This document shows positions 11,201-18,350 of a DNA stretch of 56,714 nt, piece after piece (within the stretch, counting starts at the first letter, position 1; each line of letters starts with the position of its first letter). The notes under the pieces were generated by a model that saw nothing but the letters and a program-made list of their open reading frames with translations, was not told the origin of the DNA and searched no databases. Position numbers and translations under genes: made by a program. The DNA comes from an uncultured Muribaculum sp. (lineage in GTDB: Bacteria > Bacteroidota > Bacteroidia > Bacteroidales > Muribaculaceae), in the NCBI GenBank assembly GCA_964541165.1, contig CAZIPQ010000002.1, forward strand, positions 1 to 56,714. Direction: 5' to 3'.

Positions 11201-11901
11201 GTGAACAATGGATCAGTTCGCAGCCCGAGGATAACCGCGAAAAAGCCCGGCAGGCATTTGACCTTCTGCATGACGCCTTGTCATGTCTTGACAATTTGGG
11301 CGACGCTCAGCTGACAGCCCGCCTGGCAATACTTCCGGCCAAAGCCGAAGGGGATGATATCATCATCAGCTCAGGCAGCGATACAATAGTCATCCCTACC
11401 CTGCGCCGCCAGACAGCCGACAGCGACTACCGCGCATTAGCTGACTTCATAGCTGCCGATAATGACCATATCGGAGTGTTTGCAGTGACGGTGGGTCATG
11501 ATTTACAGAATGCTGCCGAGAGCGGTGATGAGTACAGCTCGATGCTGATGCACACGCTATGTGACCGACTCGCCGAAGCCGGTACAGAGTATATGCATGA
11601 TAAAGTCAGGAAAGAATACTGGCCACATGAAGGGGGCATACGTCCCGCCGTGGGATATCCGTCACTGCCCGACCAGTCGCTGATATTTGAACTCGACCGC
11701 ATTCTCGACTACAGGAGCATGGGAGTCAGTGTTACCGAGAACGGAGCCATGTCACCGTCGGCCACCACTTCAGGACTGATGATCGCCAATCCGGTAGCCA
11801 CATATTTCCTTCCGGGACGCATAGATGACAATCAGCGCAGTGACTATGCATGCCGGCGCGGCATGACAAATGACATGCTCGACCGCTTCCTTCCCCGATA
11901 A
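8296..11901 (+). CDS. metH: Cobalamin-dependent methionine synthase
   Basis: LDGAMGTMIQ, GLNC and GGCCGTTP zinc ligands, GERCNVAGS pterin domain, GDVHDIGKN B12 motif and GIRPAVGYP activation domain. ATG 8296 is preferred over the TTG at 8272, which overlaps the promoter-like TACTTTTG. Confidence 0.97.
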   Translation: MTPIENLKYDRRAERLASMIQSEIIVLDGAMGTMIQQLTLDETDFRGKEFSNHPHRLAGCNDILVITRPDAIRNIHSAYLEAGANIIETDTFNANALSLADYGLSDENTVRRINMAAAGVAREAVSEYEAAHPGEIRWVAGSVGPTGISLTMARELGDDANWDTLTAAYSTQMEALIEAGVDLLLIETAFDSLNAKAALWSARRAMERLDRKVPVIVSITLTESGRTLSGQTPEAFIATISHAEPLAVGLNCGFGADTMLRYVEQLQPVPYPIIVYPNAGLPNEMGQYDETPEHMAATMRKMMAGGMVNIVGGCCGTTPAHIALLSKMASEYAPRIVPAKTDEMILAGLEPLYVERAGRFIQVGERCNVAGSRKFLRLIKEGNIDQAIDIAGTQVEAGADIVDINLDDAMLDSSAQMDSFVTRIGTDPRVAKVPLMIDSSDFATIMSGLKRVQGRPIVNSISLKEGEEAFLSHARDIREMGAAVIVMAFDEDGQADTFERRTEVCRRAYRLLTEKAGFKGCDIVFDPNVLAVATGIESHNNYALDFIRSVKWIKENLPGAKVSGGVSNLSFALRGHNYVREAMHALFLEKCRANGMDMGIVNVASSVAPAAVEAELATAIDDVLLNTHPDATEKLIEIATQLKEAADSGKTQSTDNSAPLSPAEHIEQRLLKGSNDGMEQWLDASLNEGMTALQIVDGPLMAGMTRVGKLFGEGRMFLPQVVKSARTMKQAVNYLTPHIEAAKSGNGATSAGKIILATVKGDVHDIGKNIVSVIMNCNGYSIHDLGVMVPAEEIIDAATQEKADFIGVSGLITPSLEEMCRVARMMEERGMTIPLLIGGATTSELHTAVKIAPCYSGPVIYTRDAAMLPEVARELMSERRNDFITANRNRQEQLRSANIEHKPLVSLEEARSKAVRPDFVPAVPSFTGRQELKIKVADVRPLINWRAFLNAWKLDGSLAEAVNINSTEREQWISSQPEDNREKARQAFDLLHDALSCLDNLGDAQLTARLAILPAKAEGDDIIISSGSDTIVIPTLRRQTADSDYRALADFIAADNDHIGVFAVTVGHDLQNAAESGDEYSSMLMHTLCDRLAEAGTEYMHDKVRKEYWPHEGGIRPAVGYPSLPDQSLIFELDRILDYRSMGVSVTENGAMSPSATTSGLMIANPVATYFLPGRIDDNQRSDYACRRGMTNDMLDRFLPR

Positions 11902-11999
11902 TTACACATTCCTCGTGATGGAACGGCTGTGACTCAGCCTTATATTTAATATATGTGTAATTTTATGAGAAAATAGGGTCGCCGTAACGATATAATTAC

Positions 12000-12007
12000 T
12001 AAATTTG
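12000..12007 (+). promoter_or_regulatory. Bacteroidetes sigma-A -7 element for nhaD
   Basis: TAAATTTG matches TAnnTTTG, 100 bp upstream of the ATG. Confidence 0.65.
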
Positions 12008-12107
12008 CACGAAAATTGCACTCGCCGGACGATGGTGACATGCGGTTTTCGTGCTTTTATTATGTTAACTTTTAATTTAATAACCATATAACAATCAATC
12101 AAAATTC

Positions 12108-13517
12108 ATGCTTATTACACTAATTGTGCTGTTTGTCATAGGCTATATGGCTATCGCTCTTGAGCACCCTATCAAGGTCGATAAAACAGCGTCAGCACTT
12201 TTGCTGGGTATGCTGATGTGGGTATTCTACGCCCTCAGCTGTGATAAAATCGTACCGAATGTAAGCGGTGAGGAACTTGCCGAATACGTAAAGTCAGCAA
12301 ATCTGGCCGGTGAATCACTTGCCCACCAGTGTCTGCAGTATGTGCTCAACGTTGAAATTATAGAGCATCTCGGCGACATTACCGAGACCCTGTTCTTCCT
12401 CATCGGAGCCATGACTATCGTGGAGCTGGTAGACGTACACGGAGGTTTCTCAGTCATCACCGACCGTATCACAACCCGTAAAAAACGTCGCCTGCTTTGG
12501 ATCATCTGTTTCGTAACATTCATCCTTTCAGCAGTTCTCGACAACCTTACCACTACTATCGTGATGCTGATGCTTCTGCGCAAGCTTGTCAGCGACCAGA
12601 AAGAGCGCTGGATGTATGCCGGCATGATCGTGATTGCAGCCAACACCGGCGGTGCATGGTCACCTATCGGCGACGTCACCACTATCATGCTGTGGGTCAA
12701 GGGTAATGTTACCACAGGTGCGCTTATCTCATTCGTGCTTCTGCCAAGTATCGTGGCGCTTCTCGTGCCGCTGTGCATCGTATCAGCCACATTGAAGGGC
12801 ACCATGAGCGATGAAATCGCATCCGCAATTCCCAACGAAGGAACGACAACTCCTGGCGAACGCAAACTTATATTCTGGCTCGGTATCTGCGGCCTGCTTT
12901 TCGTGCCCGTATTCAAGGCTATCACCCATCTTCCTCCGTTTGTAGGCATCCTCCTCGTGCTTGGCGCCCTGTGGGTATTCACTGAGATATTCTACAACCG
13001 CAAGCAGCTTCCGAAGTCGCAGGAACACCGTCTCCCCAGCATCATATCGCGCATCGATATGTCGACTATACTGTTCTTCCTCGGCATCCTCATGGCCGTG
13101 GCCGTACTTCAGGCTACCGGCATACTCGCTACCGCAGCATCATGGCTTGACGTGAAACTCCACAACGTGTACATCATCAACCTTATCCTCGGCGTCCTGT
13201 CATCAATCGTCGACAACGTTCCTCTGGTGGCTGCCGCTATGGGTATGTATCCTATCGAACCGGCTACCGCTGTCGGCTACGCAGCCAACTTCATGGTTGA
13301 CGGTGTCTTCTGGGAATTCCTTTCTTACTGTGCCGGTGTGGGTGGCAGCATCCTCATCATCGGTTCGGCTGCCGGTGTGATCGCTATGGGTATCGAGAAG
13401 ATATCTTTCGGATGGTATCTTCAGAAGTTCTCGCTTCTTGCCCTTGCAGGCTTCCTTGCCGGTGCAGCAGTATACATCGTTGAGGCTGTATACCTGAAGC
13501 CGCTCCTCGGAATGTAA
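12108..13517 (+). CDS. nhaD: Na+/H+ antiporter, NhaD family
   Basis: Polytopic membrane protein with SAVLDNLTTTIV, ANTGGAWSPIGDVTT, SSIVDNVPLVA and IIGSAAGV. Confidence 0.92.
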   Translation: MLITLIVLFVIGYMAIALEHPIKVDKTASALLLGMLMWVFYALSCDKIVPNVSGEELAEYVKSANLAGESLAHQCLQYVLNVEIIEHLGDITETLFFLIGAMTIVELVDVHGGFSVITDRITTRKKRRLLWIICFVTFILSAVLDNLTTTIVMLMLLRKLVSDQKERWMYAGMIVIAANTGGAWSPIGDVTTIMLWVKGNVTTGALISFVLLPSIVALLVPLCIVSATLKGTMSDEIASAIPNEGTTTPGERKLIFWLGICGLLFVPVFKAITHLPPFVGILLVLGALWVFTEIFYNRKQLPKSQEHRLPSIISRIDMSTILFFLGILMAVAVLQATGILATAASWLDVKLHNVYIINLILGVLSSIVDNVPLVAAAMGMYPIEPATAVGYAANFMVDGVFWEFLSYCAGVGGSILIIGSAAGVIAMGIEKISFGWYLQKFSLLALAGFLAGAAVYIVEAVYLKPLLGM

Positions 13518-13537
13518 TACTTCTTTCCCCTGAATAC

Positions 13538-13573
13538 TGACGGGCACCGATGCGATCGCATCGGTGCCCGTCA
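13538..13573. terminator. Perfect 36-bp palindrome between convergent nhaD and the AlbA_2 gene; probably a bidirectional terminator
   Basis: TGACGGGCACCGATGCGA followed directly by its exact reverse complement TCGCATCGGTGCCCGTCA. Confidence 0.65.
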
Positions 13574-13598
13574 AGTTTATTACCATGTGTCGGCCGGT

Positions 13599-14258
13599 TC
13601 AGTCAGCACTCTTTACTATCATGAAGCGGCCGTTGATATAACGGAAATCAAGTATTCCGGCCACAGTCATACGCACGATGATATCCTCCGTGGTACGATG
13701 GCTCAGGCCTGCGGCACGCACGAGGGCATCGACATCGGCAGCTGCCTCCGCCTCAAGGTGGTTCAGGATCGCACTCTCGGCCTCCGACAGACTGAGCATC
13801 AGGCGCTCACCGGCCTGGATACGCTCCCACGCACGCACCATCAACGGATGAGCCACGATGTTCTCATCCTTAACACGATAATAGGCGCGCCACTTGCCGT
13901 CGGTCTCGCGTGAATATACGGGACGCCTATCCGCCTTCATTATCTCGGCACGAAGCACCACCGCCCCACCCTCACATAGAAAAGCTGTCACTTCAACCTT
14001 CTGTGCAGGACGGCAATACATTGTAGCAGCCTGCTCGATGACATAGATATCCTCCTCGCTGCGCACACCGGATATGTGACCGTTGTCTTTCACGCCGATA
14101 AGGAGCCGTCCGCCGTCATTGTTGGCGAAGGCGGATATGGAATGGGCTATCTTGGCTGCGTCAGTTATGGCAAACTTGAAATCCTGATGTTCATGTTCGC
14201 CCTCGGAGATCAGATTATTTATATAAAATTTTCCGCGTATCGCGCGTATATCTTTCAT
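13599..14258 (-). CDS. Schlafen/AlbA_2 domain protein with a probable C-terminal winged helix
   Basis: EGEHEHQDFK and SAFANNDGGRLLIGVKDNG motifs; ATG overlaps the luxS stop (TAATG). Confidence 0.85.
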   Translation of the reverse strand: MKDIRAIRGKFYINNLISEGEHEHQDFKFAITDAAKIAHSISAFANNDGGRLLIGVKDNGHISGVRSEEDIYVIEQAATMYCRPAQKVEVTAFLCEGGAVVLRAEIMKADRRPVYSRETDGKWRAYYRVKDENIVAHPLMVRAWERIQAGERLMLSLSEAESAILNHLEAEAAADVDALVRAAGLSHRTTEDIIVRMTVAGILDFRYINGRFMIVKSAD

Positions 14259-14761
14259 TATTCAGGGTAAGTAAGATGCCGGCGCGCCTCTTCGCTGTCA
14301 CCGCTTCCGAGAGGGAGAAGCACCTCGTCAAGATAGCGGCGTGCCTCACGTCTGGCTCCGGCAAGATCCATGTAACTGTAGTTGCCGCAGTCACGTGGCG
14401 ACGCTCCCGGCACATCACCCTCATAATCGGCGATGAAACGGAACGTATCACGCATCAGCGGCAGTATATCACGTGAGTCGAGACGGCCCGCCAGCAACAG
14501 ATAGTTTCCGGTGCAGCAACCCATCGGCCCCCAGTAAATCACCTTGTCACGCCACTGAGGTTCATTACGCAGATATGTGGCGGCAAGGTGTTCGATCGTA
14601 TGCAGTATCTCGCCCGACAGCGCCGGCTGACGGTTGGGCTCGGTCATGCGTATGTCAAATGTGGTGATCGACTCTCCGGAAGGCAACGTATCGACACGCG
14701 ACACGTATATGCCACGTAGCAGCCTCAGGTGATCCACAGTAAAACTTGCTATCTTTTCCAT
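14258..14761 (-). CDS. luxS: S-ribosylhomocysteine lyase (AI-2 synthase)
   Basis: SFTVDH, HTIEH metal motif, GPMGC catalytic Cys and CGNY. Confidence 0.96.
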   Translation of the reverse strand: MEKIASFTVDHLRLLRGIYVSRVDTLPSGESITTFDIRMTEPNRQPALSGEILHTIEHLAATYLRNEPQWRDKVIYWGPMGCCTGNYLLLAGRLDSRDILPLMRDTFRFIADYEGDVPGASPRDCGNYSYMDLAGARREARRYLDEVLLPLGSGDSEEARRHLTYPE

Positions 14762-15441
14762 TACAGTTCGTTCAATAATTCAGTGAGTACATGAAATGTC
14801 TGACGCGGTGCCTCAGTCCAGAAGTTGCGGTACTGAGTGCTGTTGTCAGCCACTCCGGGAGTATCGCTCACCACCCTTATCGACAGGAAGGGAATTCCGG
14901 CCAGATAACATACCTGGGCTATTGCAGCCGACTCCATGTCGACAGCCATCACGCCGGGATAAATGGCCTTTATCGATGCAAGGGCCTCGGGAGTATCGAC
15001 AAAGATATCGCCCGACGCGATAAGGCCACGCTTTATATGGCGGTTGTCTTTAAGACATTCAAGAGCCAGTATATCGCTCGGAGCCTCGAAATATCGGGGA
15101 TAACCCTGTACCTGGCCGCGCTCATTGGGCTCGCCGCACCACACATCATGATAAGCCACACGCTCACCTACCACCACATCAAGTATACGGGCACCTTCTC
15201 CGGTACCGCCGGCAACACCCGTATTGACAACAATGTCAGGATTGAAGTAGCGGATAAGCTGCATGGCACCGACAGCGGCATTGACCTTGCCGATACCCGA
15301 TTGCATCAGACATACCATCTTGTCTCCGATCATGCCTTCATGCAATGTAACTCCGGTGTGCTTAATCGTCTTAATCTCATTGATCAACGGCAGAAGCAGG
15401 TCAAGCTCTACCTGCATCGCCACGATAATTCCTATTCTCAT
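14761..15441 (-). CDS. mtnN: 5'-methylthioadenosine/S-adenosylhomocysteine nucleosidase
   Basis: MRIGIIVAM start at 15441, SGIGKVNAA, VDMESAAIAQVC and IRVVSD; stop overlaps the luxS ATG. Confidence 0.95.
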   Translation of the reverse strand: MRIGIIVAMQVELDLLLPLINEIKTIKHTGVTLHEGMIGDKMVCLMQSGIGKVNAAVGAMQLIRYFNPDIVVNTGVAGGTGEGARILDVVVGERVAYHDVWCGEPNERGQVQGYPRYFEAPSDILALECLKDNRHIKRGLIASGDIFVDTPEALASIKAIYPGVMAVDMESAAIAQVCYLAGIPFLSIRVVSDTPGVADNSTQYRNFWTEAPRQTFHVLTELLNEL

Positions 15442-15466
15442 CGCTTCTTCAATTAGTATTGCATCT

Positions 15467-15496
15467 GCAAAATTACGAAAATATCCGTAACTTTGC
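15467..15496. promoter_or_regulatory. Back-to-back divergent promoters for mtnN and rnz
   Basis: TAATTTTG on the minus strand (15475-15468) and TAACTTTG on the plus strand (15488-15495), within a 58-bp gap. Confidence 0.75.
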
Positions 15497-15499
15497 GGC

Positions 15500-16420
15500 A
15501 TGGCTCAGTTTCAAATCAATTATCTGGGGTGCGGTTCCGCGAGTCCCACCCTCAGACACCTGCCAAGCTGCCAGGTGATTGACTTCCGCAACAATCTGCT
15601 GATGATCGACTGCGGCGAGGGAGCACAACTTTTCATGCGCCGCCAGCGGCTGAAATTCTCCCGTCTCAATCACATCTTCCTGTCACATCTTCACGGTGAT
15701 CACTGCCTCGGATTGCCGGGCCTTATATCCACCCTTGCCCTGAACGGGCGCGAAGGTGGCGAAATCGTGATCCATACATTCAAGGAAGGAGCTGAAATAT
15801 TCAGCACGATGCTCGACTTCTTCTGTCATGAGCGACCCTTTGAGGTGCGCTACAATATCATTACCCCCGGCGCTACCGAAACGCTGCTTGATACTGATTC
15901 GCTTACCGTAACGGCGTTTCCGCTCTACCACCGTGTACCCTGCTCCGGATTTATATTCCGGGAAAAGCCCAAGCTACGCCATCTGCGCGGCGACATGGTG
16001 CGTTTCCACGATATTCCCGTCAGGCTTTATCATGATATAAAGCAGGGAGCCGACTATGTGACGCCTGAAGGAAAAGTTATACCCAATGACTATCTGACCA
16101 CTCCGGCCGATCCCGCTGTCAGCTATGCTTATTGCAGCGACACGATCTACGCCGAGCGCGTTGCACGTGCCATCGAAGGGGTCGATACCGTATATCACGA
16201 GGCAACATACATCACCGCCGACCTGGCAAAGGCCCGCACAAGAGGTCACTCCACAGCAGCCCAGGCAGCCCGTATAGCAGCCCTGGCAGGAGCCCGGCAA
16301 CTCGTACTCGGTCACTTCTCCAAAAGTTACCCTGATGAAGAGGCCCATCTTGCAGAGGCCCGTGAGATATTTCCTGATACAATAATAGCCCATGAGGGCA
16401 TGCGACTTGATCTTCTATGA
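15500..16420 (+). CDS. rnz: Ribonuclease Z
   Basis: LGCGSASP, IDCGEGAQ, SHLHGDH metallo-beta-lactamase motif, exosite arm, HEATY and GHST. Confidence 0.95.
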   Translation: MAQFQINYLGCGSASPTLRHLPSCQVIDFRNNLLMIDCGEGAQLFMRRQRLKFSRLNHIFLSHLHGDHCLGLPGLISTLALNGREGGEIVIHTFKEGAEIFSTMLDFFCHERPFEVRYNIITPGATETLLDTDSLTVTAFPLYHRVPCSGFIFREKPKLRHLRGDMVRFHDIPVRLYHDIKQGADYVTPEGKVIPNDYLTTPADPAVSYAYCSDTIYAERVARAIEGVDTVYHEATYITADLAKARTRGHSTAAQAARIAALAGARQLVLGHFSKSYPDEEAHLAEAREIFPDTIIAHEGMRLDLL

Positions 16421-16863
16421 CACAGCTTGACGATGACCGCCGTTTTATGGCCATGGCTCTTGACGAAGCGCGCCACGCCTACGACCGTGACGAAGTGCCT
16501 ATCGGAGCAGTAATCACTTGCAAAGGACGCGTGATAGCACGTGCCCACAATCTTACCGAGGCACTCAATGACGTGACTGCCCATGCCGAGATGCAGGCCA
16601 TCACAGCCGCCGCAAATACTCTCGGCGGCAAATACCTGCCCGAGTGTACTCTCTACGTCACGGTGGAACCGTGCATAATGTGTGCCGGAGCGATAGGCTG
16701 GAGCCAGATAAGACGTGTGGTGTATGGAGCGCCTGACGACAAGAGAGGCTACCACACCTATACTTCACGCTCTCCGTTTCATCCCAAGGCTGAAATAGTG
16801 AGCGGCATCATGGAGCAGGAATGTGCCGACCTGATGCGGCGCTTCTTCGCCCGTCGCCGCTAA
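16417..16863 (+). CDS. tadA: tRNA adenosine-34 deaminase
   Basis: EVPIGAV, TAHAEM and EPCIMC zinc motif; ATGA overlap with rnz. Confidence 0.9.
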   Translation: MTQLDDDRRFMAMALDEARHAYDRDEVPIGAVITCKGRVIARAHNLTEALNDVTAHAEMQAITAAANTLGGKYLPECTLYVTVEPCIMCAGAIGWSQIRRVVYGAPDDKRGYHTYTSRSPFHPKAEIVSGIMEQECADLMRRFFARRR

Positions 16864-18227
16864 AGCTTCACGACGATAGAATACGGATACACACGCGCCG
16901 GATCGAAGAAACGGGCGCAGCTGTTGACCATATTGGCCAGACTGGCCTCCAGACGTCCGCTGTACACCTCACGGCCATTGACGGTCAGCGTGACAGGCTT
17001 GGAGGGATCGATCAGCTTGTCATTGAGATATATCGTGAAGCTACCTTTGGTTGCAGGGGCATAGCTGCGGGAGAACTTCAGCGGTATACCCCACTGCGGG
17101 TCGGTAATGTCGGTCGTATATGTCACCTCACTTACCGTCATGGTGATGTCATTGCCGTCGATGGTCATGTCATAGCGGGTGCGTGTCGAGTCAGTGTCGT
17201 TGGAACGCTCGTCGACCGCTATATTATAAAACCCGTTACGGTACCAGCCGTCCATCTCGAAGTTTTCCCATGTCACTGTCTTCGGATAAGGATTTCTCAC
17301 ATGACCGGCAAGCCAGGGGGTCGTAGGCTTGTAATCTATGAAATGGTTACGGCCCGGTATCAGCTCCACCTTATAGTCATATACCCCGGGAGAAAGGCGG
17401 CTTACACTGTCGAGAGCCTCAGCCGTCCATGCGGTGAGTGCGTTACGGTAAAATCCGCGGTCTTCACTGCCTGTGCGAAGCGAAAAAGCCGTGTTACGCA
17501 GATTTTCAACCGGAGCGTTTTTCAGCGGTTCGCCTCCTGCCATCGGTCCTGCTCCCGCAAGATAATCGGCATAGAACGAGGCCAGGCGCTGACTGCCGTA
17601 TCCTCCTTCCGAAATTCCGAAGATATACAGCCGGTCAGGATTGATCTCACTCGAGGCGAGGGCATGTCGCAGCAGACGTAGCCATGCCCACTGCTTTCCG
17701 CACTGCCACCAGCGGTAATACTCGCCCATGTTAGGTATCTGCGGAATAAAATAGACTGACGGTGCATCGTCAAAACTTTTGCACAACTGCAGTCCAGTCG
17801 CCCACTCCTGAGTCTTATGTCCAGAACCATGCAGATATATGAAGAGCGGACGGCCGCCTTCGGGCACCGAATCACCCTTGTAGCCCCAGTAAAACGGCAT
17901 CACCGCGTCAGGCTCCAGATCAGCCGGGATGGCCCAGGAAGAGGACTTCCCCTCCTCAAGCGGCACGAGCGGAGGAAGCGGCTCGGCCATGTCGTTGCTA
18001 TCGGCACGGCACCATGCCCGCCACACCATGTCGCGCGCCTTCTCTATCTCAGAAGCTTTCTTAAACTTGATGGTACTGACATAAGGGACCATCTCCCCTT
18101 CCAGCCAGCGGTCAAAGTAACTTGTCACCGATGTCCTGATGTCATCAAAACGGTTTTTCGCTGAGCAGTGGCCGGCATTTACGATTACCGACAATGCCGC
18201 AGCTATCAACATAGCGGGTCTGTACAT
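16860..18227 (-). CDS. Secreted alpha/beta-hydrolase (esterase/peptidase-like), substrate unknown
   Basis: Signal peptide, PLFIYLHGSG oxyanion motif, GISEGG nucleophile elbow, and candidate Asp (GSED) and His (GRNH). Own TAGATTTG promoter at 18254-18247. Confidence 0.75.
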   Translation of the reverse strand: MYRPAMLIAAALSVIVNAGHCSAKNRFDDIRTSVTSYFDRWLEGEMVPYVSTIKFKKASEIEKARDMVWRAWCRADSNDMAEPLPPLVPLEEGKSSSWAIPADLEPDAVMPFYWGYKGDSVPEGGRPLFIYLHGSGHKTQEWATGLQLCKSFDDAPSVYFIPQIPNMGEYYRWWQCGKQWAWLRLLRHALASSEINPDRLYIFGISEGGYGSQRLASFYADYLAGAGPMAGGEPLKNAPVENLRNTAFSLRTGSEDRGFYRNALTAWTAEALDSVSRLSPGVYDYKVELIPGRNHFIDYKPTTPWLAGHVRNPYPKTVTWENFEMDGWYRNGFYNIAVDERSNDTDSTRTRYDMTIDGNDITMTVSEVTYTTDITDPQWGIPLKFSRSYAPATKGSFTIYLNDKLIDPSKPVTLTVNGREVYSGRLEASLANMVNSCARFFDPARVYPYSIVVKL

Positions 18228-18274
18228 ACATTCACATTTAACGGTACAAATCTACATATATTTCCGGTCTTTAC

Positions 18275-18311
18275 AAAAAAACAGAGGCCGGAGATTTCAC
18301 AATCTCCGACC
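18275..18311 (-). terminator. Intrinsic terminator ending the TlpA/SusCD operon
   Basis: Minus strand ggtcggagatt-gtga-aatctccggcc followed by tctg and T7. Confidence 0.8.
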
Positions 18312-18350
18312 CCCCATTACAGTGTAAATGAGTTAGTCCTTCTATAGAAT

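Noticed and set aside
11910-11945. Fluoride riboswitch-like gtgatgg near nhaD
   Set aside because: The P1 pairing and downstream conserved segment are absent; only a 5-bp hairpin (11925-11939) is present.
12227-17681. Long antisense ORFs (12227-12982, 14791-15456, 16821-17681) and similar ones elsewhere
   Set aside because: They lie wholly opposite well-supported genes and show no motifs, as expected for antisense shadows.
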